In this document: in pieces, positions 18,773 to 29,099 of the stretch
How the letters are laid out: each line of letters begins with the position of its first letter
Position numbering within the stretch: position 1 is the first letter of the stretch
DNA from: a virus
Direction: 5' to 3' (one strand)
Length of the DNA stretch: 64,000 nucleotides
IMG/VR virus record: IMGVR_UViG_3300042398_000319
Coordinates: 12,947-76,946 of that record
Program-made: the position numbers and the translations under genes
The notes under the pieces: generated by a model
What the model was told of the DNA's origin: nothing
Database searches by the model: none
What the model saw: only the letters and a program-made list of their open reading frames with translations

Positions 18773-20642
18773 TCTAGTATTTGACATCGAAAGCGATGGT
18801 CTACTAGACACCGTAAGTAAAGTTTGGATGATCGTGACAAATGACACTGTTACAGGTGAGGAATTAATCTTTACTGATTATGATTCTCAATATCCAAGCT
18901 TAGAACAAGGCTTACAACACCTATCGAAAGCAACAAGTTTAATTGGTCATAACATTATTGGCTATGATTTACTTGTTCTCCGAAAACTATACAATTGGGC
19001 TCCGAATAAAGAGACTAAACTTTTTGATACAATGCTATTGTCTCAGGTAGTTGACTATGATCGATTTAACGGAAAACATTCTCTAGCTGTATGGGGTGAG
19101 TACCTTGGGCAATCTAAAGTTGAGCATGAAGACTGGAGTCAGTATTCAGAAGCCATGCTACATCGGTGTAGAGAAGACGTAAAAATTAACGTAAGAGTTT
19201 TTAAGTTCATTAACAAAGAACTAAAAGGTATGTTTGAAAAGAAACAATATCTTAAAACCTCTATTAAAAACGAACATTTAACTGCACAATTTTGTGCGGA
19301 TGCAGAATATATAGGATGGCAATTTGACAAAGATGCTGCTACAAAACTATTGGCTGCTATGGAAGCTCAGATGGCAGAAGTTCAAGCTATCATTGAGCCA
19401 AGGCTTAGTGTTGAAACTAAAATCATTGATAAACAGCCTAAGTCACCACGATGGATTAAGAACGGTAATTATGATTCCGTTACTGCTCGATATTTTAATA
19501 TTGATCCTTCTAATGGCAGGGATGTACGTCTGGTAGAAGGTGAATATCAAAGGTTTGAATATGTACAACCTGATTTGGGTAACATTGACTCAGTTAAACT
19601 TTATCTACATAAAATTGGCTGGGTTCCTGACGACTGGAACTGGAAAAAACAAGGAAACGAGTTTATTAAGGTATCTGAAAAGCTAACAACTAGTTCACTT
19701 GAAAAGTTAGGTGAGATAGGTATGTTAATTGACAGGTACTACACTACTCGATCTAGACATTCTATTTTGTCTGGATGGATGGAGAACTTAGATGAGAATA
19801 ATCGATTACATGGTAGTTGTTTTACTATCTCTACTCCAACTGGTCGTGCTAGACATAGCGGTATTGTCAATGTTCCAGGCGCTGATTCCGAGTGGGGTGC
19901 AGATATTAGAAAGTTATTTATTGCCACTCCTGGCTATACAATCATTGGCGCTGATTCTTCTGGTAATCAATTTAGAGCTTTATGTCATTATCTAAAGAAT
20001 GATGAGTATACAAATGAGGTTCTGAATGGAGATGTACACCAAAAGAATGCTGATGTGCTTACAGCAGTAATGACTGAAGAGCAAGCAAACTTTCCTAAAA
20101 TTATTAAAGATCCAACTATATCTCGTAAATTAGCAAAGCCATTCATTTATGCTTATTTGTTTGGTGCTGGTGGTGAGAAAGTTTCTTTAATTCTAACTGG
20201 TGTTCGTAATGCTAAATTAGGTAATAAAGTTAAAGCTGAATTTGCAAAGCGTATTCCAGGACTAACCCCATTGATCAAACGTATTAATGCAATTTATAAC
20301 AAGACAGAAAATCATGGTAATCCGTGGATTCCTGCACTAGATGGCCGTAAGATTCCTTGTGAATCTGCCCATAAGTCTCTTAACTACTTACTTCAGAGTT
20401 GTGAGGCTATTACATGTAAAGCAGCTACTGCTCTTACTTATGTTCGACTCCAAGAGGAAAACATACCATTCAATCCATTGATATTCTATCATGATGAGAT
20501 TGAATTTGAGGTTCCTACTGAGTATGCTGAAAGAGCCGCTGAGATTGCTAAGAAAGCTTTCCAGGATGGCCCTAAGTTATTTGGTGTGGAAATTATGGAC
20601 GGTGAATCTAAAATTGGTAATAATTGGTATGATGTACACTAA
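18765..20642 (+). CDS. DNA polymerase, family A (T7 gp5-like) with 3'-5' exonuclease
   Basis: Exo motifs FDIESDGL and GHNIIGYD; TPTGR; motif A GADSSGNQFR; motif B AKPFIYAYLFG; motif C YHDE. Confidence 0.95.
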   Translation: MSNLVFDIESDGLLDTVSKVWMIVTNDTVTGEELIFTDYDSQYPSLEQGLQHLSKATSLIGHNIIGYDLLVLRKLYNWAPNKETKLFDTMLLSQVVDYDRFNGKHSLAVWGEYLGQSKVEHEDWSQYSEAMLHRCREDVKINVRVFKFINKELKGMFEKKQYLKTSIKNEHLTAQFCADAEYIGWQFDKDAATKLLAAMEAQMAEVQAIIEPRLSVETKIIDKQPKSPRWIKNGNYDSVTARYFNIDPSNGRDVRLVEGEYQRFEYVQPDLGNIDSVKLYLHKIGWVPDDWNWKKQGNEFIKVSEKLTTSSLEKLGEIGMLIDRYYTTRSRHSILSGWMENLDENNRLHGSCFTISTPTGRARHSGIVNVPGADSEWGADIRKLFIATPGYTIIGADSSGNQFRALCHYLKNDEYTNEVLNGDVHQKNADVLTAVMTEEQANFPKIIKDPTISRKLAKPFIYAYLFGAGGEKVSLILTGVRNAKLGNKVKAEFAKRIPGLTPLIKRINAIYNKTENHGNPWIPALDGRKIPCESAHKSLNYLLQSCEAITCKAATALTYVRLQEENIPFNPLIFYHDEIEFEVPTEYAERAAEIAKKAFQDGPKLFGVEIMDGESKIGNNWYDVH

Positions 20643-21240
20643 TCTGAAAGACTTTATGGATAACTTATCCTTGGTTAAAACTATTGAATCACAAAAAACA
20701 TGTGCAAATGCAGCATTAAATTTGTTGCATATGGTTGATCCCGACTCTTGTCTTTTAGGTGGAGCACCTAGAGATTGGGCTTTAGGTAAGGTGGCTAAAG
20801 ATCTGGACGTTTACCTTCGTCCATTTCCTATGGAAAGTAAAGATAGTACTATTGCTCGTATTACTCAGGCATTAAGTCTTGAGCATAATGAGATTGAAGA
20901 TGTTACTAACGACTCTTACTATATGCAGAGTAAAGACAATGGGGTTCTTGGAGTATTAAATGTAAAGAATTGTTTTATGCCAATACAAATTGTGTTGTGT
21001 GATAGAGCACCTTTAGAGATGCTATACACTTTCCATTGTAGCTTGTCTCAGGCATATTATGTGCGTGATCATGGTTGGGACTATCCTCTTAACTCTGATG
21101 CATATCGGTTAGAGACTACTATGGAGTTTGACATTGGTAAACAATTCCAAGTCAATCTGATCAAGAAAAATAGCGATCCAAGATATATTGCTAAAATTCA
21201 AGCTAAATATCCTAATTATACACCAGTATACGAAGCATGA
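20629..21240 (+). CDS. Nucleotidyltransferase (CCA-adding / poly(A) polymerase head-domain-like)
   Basis: LLGGAPRDWALGKVAKDLDVY matches the GGxxRD...DxD signature. Confidence 0.7.
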   Translation: MMYTNLKDFMDNLSLVKTIESQKTCANAALNLLHMVDPDSCLLGGAPRDWALGKVAKDLDVYLRPFPMESKDSTIARITQALSLEHNEIEDVTNDSYYMQSKDNGVLGVLNVKNCFMPIQIVLCDRAPLEMLYTFHCSLSQAYYVRDHGWDYPLNSDAYRLETTMEFDIGKQFQVNLIKKNSDPRYIAKIQAKYPNYTPVYEA

Positions 21241-21728
21241 ATGTTTTCTTCTTAGACAAAGACCCTGCAGAATGTGCTAAGGGTCACTACGATACTCATG
21301 TAGTAAAGATGATTCTAGAGTCAGCTCAGTTATTGTCTACTGCTCATCACTTGTGTGGTGATGGTGGACCATATAAAGTTACTCACCAGAATCATCCTTC
21401 AGCTGTATGGGTTAGACAATCGGTGGCTCATTATAGTTGGTTGTATATTCTTATGCTAGAGCTAGGTAAGGAATATACACACCGATTTGGTAAAAAACAT
21501 AAGACAATCCGAGAACACAAGGACTCTTTGTTCTTTACACCAAGAGACATTAAAGCACTAGGGTGGCAAGACCCACCTTTAGCTATGCCCGAGCATTGTC
21601 AATTAGATAGTGCCGTTGAATCCTATAGAAATTATTATTTAACAGAAAAGATAAATTTAATGAAATACACAAAGAGGAATGCCCCTTGGTGGATGCAAAA
21701 ACAGATCGCTACGATTCCCTCTATTTAG
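21237..21728 (+). CDS. Pyrimidine-dimer DNA glycosylase (T4 DenV-like family)
   Basis: MNVFFLD...HVVKMILESAQLLSTAH...THQNHPSAVW. Confidence 0.75.
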   Translation: MNVFFLDKDPAECAKGHYDTHVVKMILESAQLLSTAHHLCGDGGPYKVTHQNHPSAVWVRQSVAHYSWLYILMLELGKEYTHRFGKKHKTIREHKDSLFFTPRDIKALGWQDPPLAMPEHCQLDSAVESYRNYYLTEKINLMKYTKRNAPWWMQKQIATIPSI

Positions 21729-22102
21729 ATCTAGCAAAAAGAATTGCTCTAATGTCCTATGCTGAGAAGCGTAAAGTTGGAGCAATTGCAGTAAAGAATA
21801 ACAATATACTCAGTTTCGGGTTTAATGGGACACCTAAAGGCTTTCCTAATAAATGCGAGAATGAGTATAATAAAACATTATCCTATGTAATTCATGCTGA
21901 AGCAAACCTTGTATCTAAGGCGGCTGCAGAAGGTTTGAGTTTAAAAGGATCAACAGTATATGTAACAACTGCCCCTTGTGACAATTGTTCCTTATTACTT
22001 ATCCAATCTGGTGTTGAGAGAGTTGTTTTCTCAGACAGATATAAAACAGATTCAGGTATTTTAACATTAATCCACAGTAATATAAGAGTACAACAAAAAT
22101 GA
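21686..22102 (+). CDS. dCMP deaminase
   Basis: GFNGTP, HAEAN and PCDNC zinc-deaminase motifs. Confidence 0.9.
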   Translation: MVDAKTDRYDSLYLDLAKRIALMSYAEKRKVGAIAVKNNNILSFGFNGTPKGFPNKCENEYNKTLSYVIHAEANLVSKAAAEGLSLKGSTVYVTTAPCDNCSLLLIQSGVERVVFSDRYKTDSGILTLIHSNIRVQQK

Positions 22103-22287
22103 AAAAATCACTAGTATATCAGGTTCCATCAGCAACATACACTTATCCTCGTGGTGATAAGTATTTGTATCTTAGTTTTGTAGATCGTCCTACAATTATT
22201 AAATACAAAGTTCGAAATAAAGTAGGTCAAAAGCTCCTTGCTCGTGTTAAAAAGTATGGCTATGAGAAAGTAACTTACCCAGTATGA
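22099..22287 (+). CDS. Hypothetical protein
   Basis: ATGA-coupled on both sides. Confidence 0.55.
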   Translation: MKKSLVYQVPSATYTYPRGDKYLYLSFVDRPTIIKYKVRNKVGQKLLARVKKYGYEKVTYPV

Positions 22288-22985
22288 TTGCATTAGTAGA
22301 CGGAGACGTTCTACTTTATCAGGCTATCTGGGGTACTGAAGACGTAGAAGAAGCTAAAATTAAATTAGACGAAGTTCTTCAAGCTGTTGTTGAAAACACC
22401 TTTTGCACTGATTACCTCATTGCAATTGGTGGTCCTAATAATTGGAGAGAAGAATTTTTTTCAGAGTATAAAAAGAGTCCTTCGAGACTCGCATCTAAGA
22501 AAAATAGATCAGAATATTTTGATGAATTAAAAGAATGGTTTTGCCATCACCCTAATGCTGTAGTTGCCCACGGATTTGAAGCAGATGACTTACTCCGAAT
22601 TTGGTCACTAGAAGCTATTAGGGATGGTGATCCTTATATTGTGTGCACAATCGACAAAGACCTAGATTGTATTCCTGGTAAACACTTTAAACCAGGACGA
22701 GATGAATATTATGAAGTAGATGAAGAGTCAGCAGACACTCACTATTGGAGACAGATACTTACTGGCGATGCAGTAGATAATATTCCTGGACTTAATAAAG
22801 TAGGTCCAGTGAAGGCTAATAAGATCTTAGAGGGCTGTGATAATAATAAGAAAAGAAAGGCAGCAGTAATAAATGCTTACAAACAACATTATGGTGACCA
22901 GTGGAAACCTTATTTACTTGCCAATGGCAGGTTAATCCACATCTGGCGCTATATTAATGACCACTTCCAAATCAAAGAAGGATAA
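22284..22985 (+). CDS. 5'-3' exonuclease (T7 gp6 / FEN-like)
   Basis: LVDGD, EADD, DKDL, GDAVDNIPG. Confidence 0.9.
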   Translation: MIALVDGDVLLYQAIWGTEDVEEAKIKLDEVLQAVVENTFCTDYLIAIGGPNNWREEFFSEYKKSPSRLASKKNRSEYFDELKEWFCHHPNAVVAHGFEADDLLRIWSLEAIRDGDPYIVCTIDKDLDCIPGKHFKPGRDEYYEVDEESADTHYWRQILTGDAVDNIPGLNKVGPVKANKILEGCDNNKKRKAAVINAYKQHYGDQWKPYLLANGRLIHIWRYINDHFQIKEG

Positions 22986-23400
22986 CGGACACTGGAACTT
23001 TCCTGAGCAACTAGATCATGAAAATGCCTTTGGTTTTATCTATTTAATCAAAGATACAACTACAGGTATGATGTATATCGGTAAAAAGATTTTCAGAGGT
23101 ACTGGTAAACTCAATCGAGGTAAGCCAAGTAACTGGAGGGTCTATACAAGTTCATCTAAGGATATTAATGCACTAATCGAAGAAAGAGGTATTAATTCCT
23201 TTGAGTTTTATGTGTTAGAACAATACTATACTAGAGGTGGTTTAAGTTGGGCAGAAACATGGTCACAATGTCATGTAGAGGTACCTACTAACAATCATAT
23301 TTGGTATAACCGTTTTATTGACAAAGTTCAATGGAGATCTTCTGAGGTAGTCTCAGTGAGACATCGTAGAAGGTTAAATAAACTAGCAGGTTTAAAATAA
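22957..23400 (+). CDS. GIY-YIG family endonuclease
   Basis: GFIYLI...MYIGKK...YTSSS. Confidence 0.75.
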   Translation: MTTSKSKKDNGHWNFPEQLDHENAFGFIYLIKDTTTGMMYIGKKIFRGTGKLNRGKPSNWRVYTSSSKDINALIEERGINSFEFYVLEQYYTRGGLSWAETWSQCHVEVPTNNHIWYNRFIDKVQWRSSEVVSVRHRRRLNKLAGLK

Positions 23401-23574
23401 TGAGATTAATTGGTTTTGTATTTGGTTTATGTTCTCTGGGAGTTCTTCTCACACAGGCTATAAACTTATTGTCAACAGATGTATGGGGTTCATCAGATTT
23501 TTTGTTAATGTCTGTAGCCCTCAGTTTTATTTCAACAGGTTGTTTTGCAGTTAATAAGGTATTAAACAATTAAA

Positions 23575-25203
23575 ATGGGAAAAATAGTTGTAAAGGATCA
23601 ACCATGCCTAAGTGAAGACTGTGGTAGTAGTGATGCTAGACAGGTATATGAAGATGGAACATCATACTGTTTTTCATGCAGAGGGTGGTTTCCAAATCAA
23701 GAAAAGGATACTTTTGTGTCAATTAAAAAGGAAAGTTATGGTAATGAAACACTAGGGGAAATTGCCAGTTATGCCGTAAGAGGTTTTGAAGATCGAAAGA
23801 TCAAAAAGAAAATTACTGAATATTTTAATGTAAAGGTTACGGTAAATGAAAAGGGCGAAGTGGATTCGCATTATTACCCCTATGGTATTAATGAGATTAC
23901 GGGCTATAAGAAACGTATTCTCCCAAAAGAGTTTACAGTTATCGGCAAGATTAAAAGTCTATTTGGACAAATGCAAGCGGGTAATGGGGGTAAACAGCTA
24001 GTAATTACCGAAGGTGAAATTGATGCATTAACAGTATCTCAAGCTTGGTTTGATAAGTATGAAAAGATCTACCCAGTAGTATCTATTCCCTCTGCAAGCC
24101 AAACTAGTATTCTCCTTAACAATCGTGACTGGTTACGTAACTTTGACTCTGTAATTATTTGGTTTGATAATGATGAGCCAGGCAAAGAGGCTGCTGATCG
24201 TGCTGCAAAGATTATTGGTTTTGACAAAGTAAAAATTGTTAAAAACACTAAACTTAAAGATGCTAATGAACTGTATCTTAAAGAAGGACACATGGCTGTT
24301 CTTGCACAGATTTGGGATGCACAGCCTTGGAGCCCAGTAGGTATTGTTAACTCAGCAGATACTTGGGATTTATATAAAGCAGAGTCAGAGATTGACTATG
24401 TGCCTTGGCCAGACTTTGCAGTAGAACTTAATAAAAAGATTTATGGTAGGTGCCTAGGTTCTATTACTGTACTTTGTTCAGGTACAGGTATGGGTAAGAG
24501 TTCATTCTTAAAAGAAGATCAATATCATTTACTTCAAACAACAAATGAGAAGATTGGTATTTGTTCTTTGGAAGAAAGCGTCTCTGAAACAGTTGAAGGC
24601 ATTATGGCATTACATCTAAACAAGCGTATTCAATTGCCTGATGTTGAAGTCAATGAAGAAGAAGAGCGTACTGCTTGGTCAGAAACCATGGGTACAGGTA
24701 GAATTATGTTCCTAGACCATCAAGGTTCTATGGGAGATGATTCATTAATAGACAAGATGGAGTTTATGGCCTTAAGTGGGTGTAAATTTATTTATCTTGA
24801 TCACATTACTATTGCAGTATCAGATGCTGAGGATAATGATGTAAATCGAGCTACAGATAAGCTTATGTCAGACTTACTGAAGCTAGCTAAACGACATAGT
24901 GTGTGGATTGGTGTTGTTAGTCATTTAAGAAAGACAAACAATAACCAGAAGTCATTTGAAGAGGGTGCTGTACCTTCAGACGATGATTTAAAAGGTTCAG
25001 GCTCATTAAAGCAAATTGGTGCACAATTAATTGCTATTAGCCGTAACAAGCTAGAGACTGACCCTATTCAACGACACACAAGTAAGTTATGGGTTTTAAA
25101 AGATCGTTGGACAGGTAGAACTGGCCCAATGGGTCAATACAGGTTTATAGAAGATACTGGTAGATTAATTAACAGTGATTCATTTGAGGATTTAACAATA
25201 TGA
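23575..25203 (+). CDS. DNA primase-helicase (T7 gp4-like)
   Basis: N-terminal Cys4 zinc finger; TOPRIM TEGEID/FDND; Walker A GTGMGKS; LDH; SHL; LKGSGS. Confidence 0.95.
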   Translation: MGKIVVKDQPCLSEDCGSSDARQVYEDGTSYCFSCRGWFPNQEKDTFVSIKKESYGNETLGEIASYAVRGFEDRKIKKKITEYFNVKVTVNEKGEVDSHYYPYGINEITGYKKRILPKEFTVIGKIKSLFGQMQAGNGGKQLVITEGEIDALTVSQAWFDKYEKIYPVVSIPSASQTSILLNNRDWLRNFDSVIIWFDNDEPGKEAADRAAKIIGFDKVKIVKNTKLKDANELYLKEGHMAVLAQIWDAQPWSPVGIVNSADTWDLYKAESEIDYVPWPDFAVELNKKIYGRCLGSITVLCSGTGMGKSSFLKEDQYHLLQTTNEKIGICSLEESVSETVEGIMALHLNKRIQLPDVEVNEEEERTAWSETMGTGRIMFLDHQGSMGDDSLIDKMEFMALSGCKFIYLDHITIAVSDAEDNDVNRATDKLMSDLLKLAKRHSVWIGVVSHLRKTNNNQKSFEEGAVPSDDDLKGSGSLKQIGAQLIAISRNKLETDPIQRHTSKLWVLKDRWTGRTGPMGQYRFIEDTGRLINSDSFEDLTI

Positions 25204-25400
25204 GATACGCCATATTTGCCTTTGATGAATCAATTAATAAGTATAGTGAGTTTATATATGATGATTATGAAGAATGTGAAACAGCACTAAGTATCTTTAC
25301 TGATTACGAAGTTCCTGCGTTTATATGTGTTTCAGATGAGTCGATGAATGGTAAGATTGCAGAGGTGTTATTACGTCCTGGATCTTGCTTTAATGCCTAA
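25200..25400 (+). CDS. Hypothetical protein
   Basis: ATGA-coupled ORF. Confidence 0.5.
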   Translation: MRYAIFAFDESINKYSEFIYDDYEECETALSIFTDYEVPAFICVSDESMNGKIAEVLLRPGSCFNA

Positions 25401-27417
25401 CAATAAAAATAAGAAAATAATGAAATACTACGACATTGAAATTGATTTAGAAAAGGATAATCTTCTAACAGACTACGCCTTTGACATGGTCTTGGAGTTT
25501 TATGCACAGAATGCTGAAACTTCACCACAACAAGTTTATGCAAGGGCATGCCGTGCATGGAGCACATTTAAAGGTCAAACAGACTTAGCTTTAGCCCAAA
25601 GACTGTATGACTACATATCTAACAAATGGTTTATGTTTGCCTCACCAGTTTTGTCTAATGCACCTGACATCGATGGTAAAGGCAAAGGTATGCCAATCTC
25701 ATGTTTTCTAACTTATGTACCTGATACTGTCCCTGGTCTTATTGATCATAGTTCTGAAATTCGCTGGCTATCAGTTATGGGTGGAGGCGTTGGCGGCCAC
25801 TGGAGTGATATCCGGAGTGTGTCTGATATTGCTCCTGGTCCCATACCTTTTCTTTCAACTATTGATGCTGATATGACTGCCTACAGGCAAGGAAAAACAC
25901 GCAAAGGATCTTATGCTGCATATCTCGATATTGACCACCCTGATATTCTTGAATTTGTTAGCATTAGGGTACCCACAGGTGACAATAATCGTAAGTGCCT
26001 TAACTTACACAACGCTATTAATGTCACTGACTCTTTCATGGAAGCTGTCAAAGAAGGTAGAGAATATGAACTTGTTGATCCAAAGAAAGGACCCACAGGG
26101 GAGTTTCTCGATGCTCGAAAAGTATTTGGAAAGTTACTGGAGACTCGCTTTCGCACAGGTGAGCCTTATCTTAATTTCATCGATACCGCTAATGATGCAT
26201 TACCACAACAGCTAAAAAGCAAAGGATTAAAAATTCACGGAAGTAATCTGTGTAATGAAATCCATTTACCTACAGCTGAGGGTCGAACTGCAGTATGTTG
26301 CCTAAGCTCTGTTAACCTAGAGTACTTTGATCAATGGAAAGACACTAGTATGGTTGCTGACTTAGTAACTATGCTAGACAATGTACTAGAATACTTTATT
26401 GAAAATGCTCCCGCAGCACTACATAGAGCTATTCTTTCAGCAAAGAGTGAGCGTTCTATTGGTCTAGGTGCAATGGGTTTCCATAACTACTTGCAAAGTA
26501 AAGCCATTCCTTTTGAGAGTGAATTGGCAAGTAAATTAAATATTGAAATCTTTAAACACATCAAAACTGAGGCAAGGAATGTATCTAATTCCCTAGCCGA
26601 AAAGCGTGGACCTGCTCCTGATATGAGTCCACTAATGATTCGTCATTCACATTTGCTAGCTATTGCTCCAAATGCCTCCTCTGGTATTTTGCTATCAACC
26701 TCACCTTCTATTGAGCCAAATAAAGCTAATGCTTACACTCATCGTACTCGTGCAGGATCTTTTCTAGTTAAAAATAAGTATCTTGAGCAATACTTAGAGG
26801 GTATCAATCATAATACGAGTGAAGTATGGTCAAACATTATTACTAATAGTGGTTCGGTTCAACACCTACCTTTCTTAGATAATAATGCAAAGGCTGTATT
26901 TAAGACTAGTTTCGAATTAGATCAGAATTGGATTGTAAAGCATGCTGGTGATCGGCAAAAATATATTTGCCAAGGTCAATCAGTAAACTTGTTCTTCCCT
27001 GCAGGTGTTGATCGCTCTGTAGTTAAGAATGCTCATATTTATGCGTGGGAAGCTGGGCTCAAAGGTCTGTATTACTTACGTACAGAGGCTAAAGTTCGTG
27101 CCGAGAATGTTTCACAAAAGGTTGAGGAAAACAAATTGAAAGAAGTTAAAGAAACTATTATCTATGGAAAACCAAACTGCCCCCAATGCACAATGGCAAA
27201 GTCCTTGCTTGAATCAAAAGGAATTGCTTATTCTTATGTTGACATCACTACAACAGGTAAGTCAGCAGCAGAAATTACTGGAAGAGCAGATGTCCGTTCT
27301 CTCCCACAAGTTTACCTTGATGGAACGTACGTTGGCGGATTTACGGAACTCTACGCTAAACTCACTACCCCAAGTGAAGTTGTAGAAGATAACGAATGCA
27401 AGGCATGTGAAGGTTAA
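25393..27417 (+). CDS. nrdA: Ribonucleotide reductase class I alpha subunit with inserted glutaredoxin domain
   Basis: ISCF, SNLCNEI, VCCLSS, APNASS, CQGQS, GLYY; then YGKPNCPQC...SLPQVY..GGF; terminal ECKACEG. Start is 25393 or 25420. Confidence 0.95.
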   Translation: MPNNKNKKIMKYYDIEIDLEKDNLLTDYAFDMVLEFYAQNAETSPQQVYARACRAWSTFKGQTDLALAQRLYDYISNKWFMFASPVLSNAPDIDGKGKGMPISCFLTYVPDTVPGLIDHSSEIRWLSVMGGGVGGHWSDIRSVSDIAPGPIPFLSTIDADMTAYRQGKTRKGSYAAYLDIDHPDILEFVSIRVPTGDNNRKCLNLHNAINVTDSFMEAVKEGREYELVDPKKGPTGEFLDARKVFGKLLETRFRTGEPYLNFIDTANDALPQQLKSKGLKIHGSNLCNEIHLPTAEGRTAVCCLSSVNLEYFDQWKDTSMVADLVTMLDNVLEYFIENAPAALHRAILSAKSERSIGLGAMGFHNYLQSKAIPFESELASKLNIEIFKHIKTEARNVSNSLAEKRGPAPDMSPLMIRHSHLLAIAPNASSGILLSTSPSIEPNKANAYTHRTRAGSFLVKNKYLEQYLEGINHNTSEVWSNIITNSGSVQHLPFLDNNAKAVFKTSFELDQNWIVKHAGDRQKYICQGQSVNLFFPAGVDRSVVKNAHIYAWEAGLKGLYYLRTEAKVRAENVSQKVEENKLKEVKETIIYGKPNCPQCTMAKSLLESKGIAYSYVDITTTGKSAAEITGRADVRSLPQVYLDGTYVGGFTELYAKLTTPSEVVEDNECKACEG

Positions 27418-27418
27418 T

Positions 27419-28369
27419 ATGGCTACACTAACAGAGTTTAATAAAACATACAAACCTTTCTTACATGACTGGGCAGTTGATATCACAAAGAAACATGAAG
27501 AAATTCATTGGACTGAAGATGAAGCTGACTTGTCTGAAGATGTGTCTGACTGGAAACTAAAACTTGATGAAGGCGAAAAAGAGTTTATTACAAATATTCT
27601 CCGATTGTTTACTCAAGGTGATGTTCAAGTCGGACAAAATTATTACGACTATTTAATCCCAAAGTTTAAGAACAATGAAGTACGTGTTATGCTTGGTTCC
27701 TTTGCTTCTCGTGAAGGTACACATCAACGAGCATACGCACTACTAAATGACACACTTGGATTGCCTGATGAAGAGTATCACAAGTTTCTAGAGTATAAAG
27801 AGATGTCCGAGAAAATTGACTTTATGCAAAGTAATGATACTAATAGCCAGACAGGTGTAGCACTTGCTCTTGCTAAGGGTGTTATGAATGAAGGTGTAGC
27901 TTTGTTTGCCTCATTTGTTATGTTACTGAATTTCCAACGATTTGGTAAAATGAAAGGCATGGGTACTGTAGTAGAGTGGTCTATTCGTGATGAAACAGTG
28001 CACGTAGAGGGTGGTGCTCGATTGTTCCGAGAGTTTTGTAATGAACACCCAAGAATTATCAATGATGAACTTAAGTCTAAGATTTATCAGATGGCAAGAG
28101 ACGCAGTTGATCTTGAAGATAAATTTATTGAACTTGCCTTTGCTAATTACAAAATTGAAGGTATTAGTAAAGAAGATGTAAAGAGTTACATTCGCTATAT
28201 TAGTGATCGTAGACTACTACAACTAGGTTTAAAGACTATCTTTGACCATCGAGACAATCCAATGCCTTGGCTAGACTGGGTTCTCTCAGGTGTCTCTCAT
28301 GACAACTTCTTTGAGAAGCGTGTTACAGAGTACAGTGTTAATGGCATGAACGGAGATTGGGACTGGTAA
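27419..28369 (+). CDS. nrdB: Ribonucleotide reductase class I beta subunit
   Basis: HWTEDE, EGTHQRAY, EGVALFASF, RDETVH, NFFEKRVTEY. Confidence 0.95.
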   Translation: MATLTEFNKTYKPFLHDWAVDITKKHEEIHWTEDEADLSEDVSDWKLKLDEGEKEFITNILRLFTQGDVQVGQNYYDYLIPKFKNNEVRVMLGSFASREGTHQRAYALLNDTLGLPDEEYHKFLEYKEMSEKIDFMQSNDTNSQTGVALALAKGVMNEGVALFASFVMLLNFQRFGKMKGMGTVVEWSIRDETVHVEGGARLFREFCNEHPRIINDELKSKIYQMARDAVDLEDKFIELAFANYKIEGISKEDVKSYIRYISDRRLLQLGLKTIFDHRDNPMPWLDWVLSGVSHDNFFEKRVTEYSVNGMNGDWDW

Positions 28370-28614
28370 TGACTCCATCGGATAAAATTAAACTAACAAA
28401 TATGGTTGATCAAGGTGTTAACCATACACTAGCTACTTTAGATATAACAGATCGAGAAGAGATTATGAATCACTTTGAGAGAGTGGCATTGTCTATTGTA
28501 GAGGGCTCTAACCCTGAAGACTCTGAAGAGTTAGTAAAATTCTTTTCAGTGTATCTTCAGAAAAAGGCTGATAAGTTAGGTGTTAAACGTAGTTACGCAG
28601 ATGAGCAAAAATAA
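28369..28614 (+). CDS. Hypothetical protein
   Basis: TAATG-coupled ORF. Confidence 0.55.
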   Translation: MTPSDKIKLTNMVDQGVNHTLATLDITDREEIMNHFERVALSIVEGSNPEDSEELVKFFSVYLQKKADKLGVKRSYADEQK

Positions 28615-28795
28615 TAATAATAATTGGCAGGAATTAGAACGTGAAGAAAAGCAATTTAAAGATGAGCGAACCTCTCATTCAGACAGACACAAACGACCCT
28701 ATAAGCGAGAGCGACAGCAAGGACGTTGGTGGGACGAGTACAGCTCAGAAGAAGACGAAGATGACTCTATTGGAGGAAATCAAAACAATAGTTAG
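28601..28795 (+). CDS. Hypothetical highly charged protein
   Basis: Overlapping small ORF. Confidence 0.4.
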   Translation: MSKNNNNNWQELEREEKQFKDERTSHSDRHKRPYKRERQQGRWWDEYSSEEDEDDSIGGNQNNS

Positions 28796-29099
28796 TAAAA
28801 GCACAGTTCATGTGTCTGAGTTTAGGTTAGTTGTAGATGAAATTAATAAAACTACTACTCAGCTTATTGAAGATCTATGGCCTACTGGTATTACATTCAT
28901 TGTAAGCGGAACAGATTTAGTTGCACTAAATGAACTAAACAATAAAATTATTAATCGGTCAGGATCTATTGGTCGATGGAAGGTAACACTTCCAGCTGAT
29001 ATTATTCTAGAACCCGCAGAGTTATTTATTTCAACTAAGGAATTATCACATGAGCAAACTATTCGGTTGCCAGTTCAACAAGTACTCAAGTGTGCTTAA
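28761..29099 (+). CDS. Hypothetical protein
   Basis: ORF; start uncertain. Confidence 0.45.
   Translation: MTLLEEIKTIVSKSTVHVSEFRLVVDEINKTTTQLIEDLWPTGITFIVSGTDLVALNELNNKIINRSGSIGRWKVTLPADIILEPAELFISTKELSHEQTIRLPVQQVLKCA

Noticed and set aside
17182-22102. 2-aminoadenine (Z) or other hypermodified-base pathway
   Set aside because: No PurZ, dATPase, thymidylate-synthase-like, queuosine-pathway or glycosyltransferase gene recognised in this window.
22957-23400. Intron- or intein-associated homing endonuclease
   Set aside because: The flanking exonuclease and primase-helicase genes are uninterrupted, and no intron or intein is evident in PolA, NrdA, NrdB or TerL. Treated as a free-standing GIY-YIG gene.
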